Positions 55,520-64,000 of a stretch of 64,000 bases of DNA are shown piece after piece. The stretch comes from Marsupella aquatica (taxonomy: Eukaryota > Plantae > Marchantiophyta): contig OZ316893.1 in NCBI GenBank assembly GCA_973895155.1, forward strand, positions 13,222,359-13,286,358, read 5' to 3'. The first letter of the stretch is position 1; each line of letters starts with the position of its first letter. The position numbers and the translations under genes are program-made. The notes under the pieces are model-generated. The model worked only from the letters and a program-made list of their open reading frames with translations, did not search any database and had not been told where the DNA came from.

Positions 55520-57061
55520 TCACTTGCCAGACTCCGTTGATGGCCAGATTGCACCCGCCATGACTGCCTCTACATCAGCTATCTCACGTGGGCAGTTGGT
55601 CAGATTCTCACAACCATCAACAGTAACCACCACATCATCTTCAAGTCTCACACCACCAAAAGTTCGAAGTCTTTGGATCGCTTCAGTAACGAAAAACTTG
55701 GAGACGGCAGGATCTTCCATTGCAGGCAGCAACAATCGGTCGATAAAATAACAACCTGGCTCAACTGTAATTACCATGCCCTCTTCCAGTGTCCGCACAG
55801 TCCTCAGAGACTTCAGACCCGGCTGGTCGATTCTTGTTGTACCCTTGGGATAGCCACTAGGATCATGTGTATCGAGACCCAGGAAATGTCCCAAGCCATG
55901 TGGCATGAAGATGGCTCCAAGTCTATTGTTCATCATTTCTGCCACATCACCGTTTAAGATCCCTGCTTCTTTCAGAGTGCCCAAAATTTTCTCCTCAGCC
56001 AACTTGTGCATGTCTACCCAAGACACCCCTGGTTTCATTTTGGCAATGACTGCCTTTTGAGCAGATAGAACAGCTCCATACACTGCTCTCTGGTCATCAG
56101 TGAATTTGCCACTGATCGGAAAAGAACATGTTATGTCCGAAGCAAAGAATTGGTACTCAGCTCCCATGTCCAGCAGGGCCATGTCGCCGTGCTCCAAGGC
56201 CCGATCATTGGGAGCAGCTGCGTGACCGTAATGCAAAACGGCACTGTTTTCTCCTGTCGCACAAATGCAAGTGTAGGAACAATGTCGGCACCCGCCTTCA
56301 AAATAGACTTCATGTTGGAAGATACTTTCTAATTGATACTCCTTCATTCCTGGCCTTGCTGCCCTCATAACCTTCACGTGTGCTGCGGAGCTTATCCTGT
56401 TGGTGTAGCGGAGGACATCAATCTCCAGCTTGGATTTGTGAGCTCGACACTCACTCAAAACCGGGTGTAGAATCCGATCATCCACTGGAAAAGTGTCAAT
56501 TGTGCGAAATGTGGCAGGTTTGGAGAAGTTGCCACTGTCAGTATTAAGGCCATGGAGGACGTACAGTACTGGCTTCTCCTTACTTGCTGTTTCCTTCAAT
56601 TGGCCCAAAACATCGGGCATCTCATCAACGTAGTGGACGGCACCAACAGCATACAGTTCCTTGAAATAAGCAGGGGGATGGATTTTCCCTAGCCACACCG
56701 CATACTCCTCACTCAGCCTAGGTATGAACAGCAACGACGTCCCTGTGGCAATGTCAATGGCCCCATAAAACTCTGGTTCTTTCACACCAAAGAGGTATGC
56801 GAAGTAGCTCTCTTGCCTGAAAAGGAGGAGGTGGTCCGTGCAGTACCGCGTTTGCTCCGATCCCCCCTGCAGCAGAACGATGCCCTTGGGCGACAGATTC
56901 TCGGCTTTGAGCTCCGCAGTCATCCGACACACCAGCTTGCGACGATTCTGCGCATACAGCTCCAGCGGAACCACGTAGGGCCCTGAGCCCAACCCACGTC
57001 TCTCGTTTGGAAGCACCAATTGCAGGTCAGGGAATGCCCTTCTGCTGCTCTCCGGGGCCAT
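55520..57061 (-). CDS. PEPD: Xaa-Pro dipeptidase (prolidase, M24B), 513 aa, intronless
   Basis: FRQESYFAYLFGV, CSYTCICATG..SAVLHYGHAAAPND, and metal-ligand motifs LLDMGAEY..ASDITCSFP, PHGLGHFLGLDTHD, ITVEPGCYF, GGVRLEDD. Confidence 0.96.
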   Translation of the reverse strand: MAPESSRRAFPDLQLVLPNERRGLGSGPYVVPLELYAQNRRKLVCRMTAELKAENLSPKGIVLLQGGSEQTRYCTDHLLLFRQESYFAYLFGVKEPEFYGAIDIATGTSLLFIPRLSEEYAVWLGKIHPPAYFKELYAVGAVHYVDEMPDVLGQLKETASKEKPVLYVLHGLNTDSGNFSKPATFRTIDTFPVDDRILHPVLSECRAHKSKLEIDVLRYTNRISSAAHVKVMRAARPGMKEYQLESIFQHEVYFEGGCRHCSYTCICATGENSAVLHYGHAAAPNDRALEHGDMALLDMGAEYQFFASDITCSFPISGKFTDDQRAVYGAVLSAQKAVIAKMKPGVSWVDMHKLAEEKILGTLKEAGILNGDVAEMMNNRLGAIFMPHGLGHFLGLDTHDPSGYPKGTTRIDQPGLKSLRTVRTLEEGMVITVEPGCYFIDRLLLPAMEDPAVSKFFVTEAIQRLRTFGGVRLEDDVVVTVDGCENLTNCPREIADVEAVMAGAIWPSTESGK

Positions 57062-58139
57062 GCTATGCTCCGTGACGATCGATCACCAGCAGAGCCGGAC
57101 GGAGCTCGCAATCGCAACCCCTCGTCAGTCGAAGCTTGCACAAATCTTGCCAAATGAAAATTGCTCTGGAGGGCACCAAAAAACAACCCAGCAAATCTCT
57201 CCACGCTTCTTGTTTCCAACAACAGCATCGCAAAATCCCACGAACACGAAATCGTTTTCCTTCTCTTGCCCGATGATGAGCGTTTCTTCACTTGGCGATG
57301 GAAAGTACCCACAGGAGCGCTGTAATGTTGGAAAGCGCGAAGTTTCGAAGCTTTTGCGATTTTTGTATCATAAACATTGGAAACATCGTTGGAAATCGAA
57401 GCTCCGGAGATTGAATGTCGATAACATGCTCGGATGTATTATTGTGGAAACTCCCATGGACCGGAAACGCTGACCGGATGGATATTCACGTTTTCTGACA
57501 TACTCGGATGGACTTTTTGAGCTCCAATATGTCGAGTCCCGACTTCACAATTAGCACAGAAATCACCCCTTTTCTGTACCCATGAACTCAGAAATCACCT
57601 TTTTTCTGCAACAGTTACCTTCGTGCAATAAATAAATAATTGTTAAAATATTTCCATATGCTTGTGAAACCTGAAAATGATTTTGTGAGAAAAGTATTAA
57701 AGCATATTCTGATCATCTTGGTGTAAGCACTGACTTGAGTGTATACACTTTTTGGAACTAAAAACAGAAGAATAACAGTATTGTGGTGTTGAGTTATTTC
57801 ATCAAATAAAGAATAACTGATATTTCACAGAACGGGATGGATGGCTTAAGTGGCATTATTGTATAACCTATACTGTAACACTACTGAATTGTCCTGTTTT
57901 GGGGTTCATGTTTCTTTTCCCCCCTAATCATGATTGTTTCCCCCTTATCTGTCTGTGTTTTTGGGCAGTGGGTGTTTGTTGCTTTTCAGTGGGCCCAGGC
58001 TTTCACCCTCCTTCGTAGAGTAGAGGGAGTTGATTTTAGCCACTTGGCAGGTTCCACTTTGTGACTCTCTCATGGGGCTTACTCTAGAGCTCTATCAGGC
58101 ATTCCAGTTCTCCCTTGAGTAGAGTGTTAGTCTTCACAG

Positions 58140-58362
58140 CTTCTTGGTAGGTTCCTTATTTGTGTCTTTGTTACTTAGTTGGCTTTTGGTTGGGAACCCT
58201 TTCCCCTCCTGTCCCCCCTTGATTGGGCTCCTTTGCCATTGGGATCAATTCTTCTTGGTAGGTTCCTTATTTGTGTCTTTGTTACTTAGTTGGCTTTTGG
58301 TTGGGGACCCTTTCCCCTCCTGTCCCCCCTTGATTGGGCTCCTTTGCCATTTTGGGATCAAT
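58140..58362. repeat. 111-bp near-perfect tandem duplication inside a T-rich, LINE-3'UTR-like remnant
   Basis: ttcttggtaggttccttatttgtgtctttgttacttagttggcttttggttggg...gggatcaat starts at 58141 and again at 58252. Confidence 0.88.
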
Positions 58363-60075
58363 GTGTCCAGGTTCACGTTTTTTGCCCTTTGGCAGTGTCT
58401 TATATATACTCACTATAGCTCCTACACCCAATCAGCTTTTGGTAGAAGAAGTTTTGCTCCATTCTGATCACATTGGCAGTGTTGTAAATGCCAGAAACAA
58501 TCTAAATGCAACGAGACCGAATTCAAGATGTGCACAGCTAGGCCTCTTTTCTGCCCTCGTGATAGGTTAGTCTATCAGGGCTTCATATACAGCCCAGATA
58601 TAATCTTCAACTTAAATATTATCTTTTCTTCTTTGCATAAACGCTTATGTTTTTGGGTTGTCGAAGAATGTTTGGTCCATAGGAATACTGAGGTCATTCG
58701 TTGTGATCTTTGTAGCTGGACATGTATAGGGAAACCATGGCAGCGGTCTGTGGTTGTGACAGCGAGAATCCTACCATGGCATCGACTTCTTAAACATTGG
58801 CATTCTCTGATGGAGCCAGGTTTTCATTGGCATTTTCTCATGGACCACCCCATTTGTCCTAGGAGCTCTGATCAACTCATGGCGACCCAAGCAGTTTCAG
58901 ATACCAAAACTGTGAGCATTCATACAAAGGAAAGATGGTATTTGATTAAAAAATAACATTTCAAACCAATCCATGTGGGTTTTGACAATGCTCTTGTCAG
59001 ACACGGGGATCTATGGGAGCTCTGCTTCCAGAACCTCACCTATTTTGAGAATCTCAATAACAAAACTGTCAACTATACATCTGCTTACGGTTCAGGTAGA
59101 GGAAGACCCCACTTCCACGGGCTAATGGAAGCTCCACTTTCATTTGCAAGAGACGGTAATCAGTCACACTTGAAACTGTTCCAATAAGTGAGGAAAGAAA
59201 GAAGCTTACAACGTTGCAGCAATTTATCTCGTACTAGCATTTAGCCAATGTCCCAGTGTAGAGCTCACTCGTCATTTTAGGAGACCCCTATTAAGTGTCA
59301 CAGACAGAGCTTCTCGAAAATGATCTGGAATTTGTCGAGAAATGCTATCAGGTTAGCAATTACTCTCTTCAAGACAAAGTAGGCATATTTGCTGACTTTA
59401 ACCAGTTGCGAAGTCTATGCTTGGACTACACAAGTAAAATCGAGTATACTTGATCTTCATGCTCGCAGCTTAAGTTCAATTGGGTTCTAGAGGAGGGTGG
59501 CTACTTGGGGATACCTTCATGTTGGAACTGCTCTACAGCAGGCTGAGCATATCAACGACGGAGTCGGCCCTGAAAATCTTCATGGAGCTGTCTGTTTTGT
59601 CCAGAGACAAGAATTCTCTCACTGCTGCTACAATTTATTTTACCATGGAATCTTCGTGACAGAAAATATTGATATTGTTGACCCGCTCAAACAGATTCGT
59701 ACCATACAAACGAAGCCACAAATCGACAAGCCTCACGAGTGTTAGGTCTTCATCACCCGAGCGCAAAATCGCTGGTATAGAAGGGGCAACCCTCTCAGGT
59801 AACTGTAGGTAGCAAACACGATTATTTTCTAGACAAAATTCCTACATGATTCTAGGTCCCCTAGATATGTAGTGACAAGCAAGGATGCGAAACACATCTT
59901 TTGACGAGTGAAATGCTTTCATCTTCTCTTTCAGACCTCAGTTCTTATCCCAACTTTCATCCACAGTCGAAATCTCACAGTTTACAGTTTCCTTCAGGAC
60001 TTCTTCATCATGTTGCAGGTTCGGACTGTTTTACATGCATTGGTAACATTTCTGTCAAGGAAAGAGAGTTTGTGA

Positions 60076-62148
60076 TCACGTGTACAGAGATGATGGTAAC
60101 CGAGGGGACACGGAGGCTTCCAAAGGCTTCGCCATGAATGTAACCACACCAGGGCGCGGCGTCAGGTCAATTTGCTCAGCAGTCTTGCCTTCTGGAGGAG
60201 ACCAATAGAAGTGATGCAACATATGACCGAGCATCAGTTGAACGATGTTGATTCCCAATTGTGCTCCGGGGCATACCCTCCTTCCAGCACCAAAGGGAAT
60301 CAGTCTGAAGTCAGTTCCCTTCATGTCGATATCCTCCTCCAGAAATCTCTCCGGCCTGAATCTCAAGGGGTCTTCCCAGATGGTCGGATCACGGGCAATA
60401 GCGTACGCATTGACGTGCACGGTGGCTCCTTTGGGAACGTCGTAGCCTCCCAGTTTGACACTCTGGGACGCCTTGTGCGGTAGAAGCAGTGGCGTTGGAG
60501 GATGTAGACGGAAAGCCTCCTTGGACAAGGCTTGTAAGTAAGGAAGGTGCGGAAAATCAAGCTCGGTCAGGACCCTCTCATATCCTACCACGCTGTCGAG
60601 CTCATCTTGCGCCTTCTTCTGTACGTCTGGATTGCGAATCAACTCTGCCATCGTCCACTCTACTGTAATTGCAGTGGTGTCCATTCCTGCAGTTATCATG
60701 TCCTGGAAATATGACAGCCACAGTGAATGTCAGTTCAAATGGACTATTGGCTGCGTAACTGTAATCATTGAATAACAGCAAGGGCATCAGGGCTCTTGAC
60801 AAGCGGAACGATTGATCTCCAGTAAAGGTGAAATGTACTGCATTGCAGTTCAATAGAGGAGGATTGATTAGTCATGACGTTGAGCTACTACTATAGAGGA
60901 GGAGAGACCGGTGATGAGGTTGAGCCCTTCAATACAGTAAGGATAGGTGATAAAGTTGGGCAGTTCAACAGAGGAGAACAAATTGATGATAAAGTTGAGC
61001 ACTTGAGCAGTTTAATGGAGAAGACATTGGTGTCACGGTTCAGCTGCCAAATACACATGCCCAGTACAGTACACACTACAGGGAAACCTGGAGGTCAGCA
61101 AATCGGAGACTGACTAGAAGATCAAACTCCGTGATCTCAAGGAGCATCTCATTTCATGACCACCGTCGAGCGAAATAGAGAAGGGGAGCATGGAGTGTGC
61201 ACAAACACGCACCCAGAGAAGAGTGATGACCGTCGTCTCGCTCAAATCATATTGTTTCTGAAAGTTGAGAAGCGCATTGACAAAGTGCTGGTTAGACCCA
61301 TCCTGATGCTGCTCTCGTGACATCTCAAATTCCTTCATGATGGCCTTGGTGAGTGTATCTCGCCTTTCCCCATTCCTGGCAAACGCCTCCTCCTGAAGGG
61401 GAAACATCCATCGGATGTACGATATGTGCTCCGACATCTTGAGCGACGCGCCCAGCTTCATACCCTCGGCAATGATCTCCTTGAACTCCACACCTTGAGA
61501 ATCCAGCACCCCATTCTCATCCACAAACCTTTTCCCGAAGACAATCCTCGTGATGTTGTTGAAGGCCACAGCTGAGAGGTGCTTCTTCACACTGACACTG
61601 CTCCCTGGCTTGTCCCTGCTCTCTTTATAAATGGCGTTGATCGTGCTTCCCATTTCCTCCTGTCTCACCGACCGCAATGCCTCCAGCCTCTTGGGAGTGA
61701 ACAGCTCCAACGTGCAGAGCTTCCTCACCTTCACGTAATGTGGCCCGTAATCCGCCCAGATGAGATCCTGCCCATTGCGACTGAATCTGGCGGCGGCTCT
61801 GGTCAACGGGCGAGCTGCCAGGAGCAGATCCTTCTCCTTGAGCACCTCTTTGGCCAGATCAGGCGAAGAGACCACCACATTCGTCGTGGTACCCATACGG
61901 AACGACAGGATTGGGCCAAACGTTTTTGCCCATTCCATGTAACACTGAAAGCGGACGGGTTTCACATCGTAAAGGTTGCCTACGACGGGCAACGGTTTCG
62001 GCCCCGGAGGCAGCTTGCCGCTGGTGAAGAAAAGCTTGAACACCACAATCGCTGCCAATGCAGCAGCCAGAGTCAAGTAGTACACACTGTTGGTGCTCCA
62101 CTCCGGCGCAGCGGCTGCTGCAGCACCTAACGCATCACCGTCTACCAT
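60076..62148 (-). CDS. CYP98A: Cytochrome P450 CYP98A (p-coumaroyl ester 3'-hydroxylase, C3'H), 2 exons (62148-61213, 60702-60076), ~520 aa
   Basis: [54 protein letters not shown]|[12 protein letters not shown] (phase-0 intron GTGCGT...TTCCAG), EAFR (ExxR), PERF, and heme motif [11 protein letters not shown]. Confidence 0.96.
60843..61020. repeat. Degenerate ~38-41-bp tandem repeat in the CYP98A intron
   Basis: A unit resembling gtgatga.gttgagcagttcaatagaggagga occurs four to five times. Confidence 0.55.
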
Positions 62149-64000
62149 GGCTGGCTGGCTGGCTGGCTAAGTTGCTTATAACAATTCAATTCAATACGGG
62201 TCAAGTGTCTCGCTCAATTCAATCCCACTCAGCTCAACTTAGCTCAGCTCAGCTCAGGGTCTGTCTCCCCCAACGAACACAAGGAAAAACCCAGAGTTCA
62301 GAACGACAATACAACGACAAGCCAGTCGATCGAAGAAACCCCTCAAAGCTCCAACCCAGCCGATGATTGCAACCCTGCAGTCCTGGGTAGTCCTGGATGC
62401 ACACTCCTCAGGAGCCTGAAGAGGAATTTTTTGCCGAAAGAGATCCAAACACCCTCAAGACTCTGTCGCTCTCTCTCACTTTGTCTACCATTGCAATGAG
62501 GCAGCAATACTTTCCATACTTCCAATCGAGTAGGACTCTCTGATTCACGGGAAAGTGGCCTCTATTCTATTGTACTGGTGTTGTCATAAATTAAGTGTGG
62601 TGACCCAGAAAAGTAGAAAACGCTGAAGTCCTAAAGTGCTGATGATCGTCGTCAATCATTCAGTTTGGGCCTGCAACACCGCGCCTTCGTCTTTTTTACA
62701 TACTTCCTGGCCTGGCGAAGCCATGAGCACCACCATGCCACGGTGCCAAAGGTCGATTCATTTATTAAAAAGGAGGCTGATGATTTCCTTCGCCATCGCC
62801 GGAAGGTCCGTCGTGGACCTGCCCACGCCCATCCCTTTGGCAGTTCGGCTTCAACCAAAGCTCGTGTGTACTAGAGTAACTCGGAGTGTAATTGGAGCGT
62901 GACACTGTAACCTGGGAATACCACATGGCTTGCAGAGCAAGTGGCTGATGTCCTCTACAAGGGTGTCTCAGAGCCTGGCCTTATTAACAAGATAAGGCAC
63001 TCGGGTAACTCAATCATTAGTGGAAACTCCAATAAAAGTTATGGGAGCTTACCTTCCATTACCATAAGGAAAGCCCGTGGGCTGACTTAACCCTTAGCTT
63101 TCCCTCAACTTTAGGCGGAAATCCAGAACTCTGGAAATCGCATGACTGAATGCAGGTGAGCTATAGGCTTGGCGTGGTGATGGCTGTTGCATTTGAGGTG
63201 GCAGCTAATCAAGAGTGAAAAATTATATATGCCATGAGACAGAGATGAGGCTGTAGGTAACTCCTTCCTTATGAGGCAGGTCAATGCTACCTCCCCACAT
63301 TTTAAAAATTCATTAACTAGGTCCCATTAGCAGAGTTATGGGATGGACCACAAATCTATAACTTTCAGTAATGACCCAGCTTTGAGACGCCCTATTATAG
63401 ACTGCCCCTTTAAAGTGTGTTGGGGCCTGCAACTCCTGTTGAAATTTCATTATCAGAGTTTAGAGTAAGTGAGTAACATGGCCAAATTTTGTGTCCATTA
63501 AATGCTATTTTGTCGGATTAGTACAGTGTAAGCTAAAGCCTGGTCAGTTCATGATGTTAACTTTTTGTTGTGCTACCGGGGTATGTTTACATCCTAAGAT
63601 GCGTCAAAATAGGTTATAGTCATACAGTTTGTCGTCTCAAGTCTGTTTGGGCTGAGATTTTTGACACTACTACCTAGCTTGTGGAACAATTAACTGACTT
63701 CCAGTATCGTTGGTTAAAGTGTTAACTATCAGCATTTGATCCCACTTGTAGATCTAAAAAATCCGATCACATGCATCTTTTCTTGAATGTGATTGTTGTG
63801 CACTATCATCCACTGTCCTCTTTGTTAGCCAAGCTAGATTGATCAAATGCATCATTCGATTAGATCAAACTACTAGAGTTAGTCATTTCTTTGAGTACAT
63901 GAATTAAATAGAGAGAAATGATTTACTGTAGTTCAAAAAACAGATAAAACAATTACAAAAGATTACTTTTCTGCCCTACTCTTTGTGATTCCCTTGTTAT

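Noticed and set aside
61579-62130. 183-aa plus-strand ORF
   Set aside because: Antisense shadow of CYP98A exon 1.
51462-62148. Oxygenase + prolidase + CYP98A as a biosynthetic gene cluster
   Set aside because: The three belong to unrelated pathways and compartments; adjacency alone is not evidence.

Overview
Eukaryotic land-plant genomic DNA with spliceosomal introns and TE-rich intergenic regions. A basal-body gene (BBOF1-like) together with CYP98A and a GT34 xylosyltransferase points to a lineage with flagellated sperm (probably a bryophyte, possibly a lycophyte or fern; inference). Genes read from the sequence: tRNA-Val(CAC) (-); MCM8 (17 exons, +, one GC-AG intron); GT34/XXT (-, intronless CDS); BBOF1/CCDC176-like (9 exons, +); a PAO/PTC52-family Rieske oxygenase (+, intronless); prolidase (-, intronless); CYP98A (-, 2 exons). 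The most notable element is a CRE-like non-LTR retrotransposon with an uninterrupted RT + CCHC + restriction-like endonuclease ORF, preceded by about 2.7 copies of a 186-bp repeat. Its 3' A-tract abuts a short motif (consensus GTCTATCCTCTGTTGGATGG...) that also follows two SINE-like elements elsewhere in the window. This suggests a site-specific LINE/SINE pair targeting a repeat motif, or a shared 3' tail. A decayed copy of a similar retroelement lies tail-to-tail with it. Other oddities: a perfect, mutually exclusive double hairpin 3' of prolidase, a CAG-TAG (stop-inserting) NAGNAG acceptor in BBOF1, and ~300-bp inverted arms bracketing BBOF1. All alignments were made by eye; no database searches were run.
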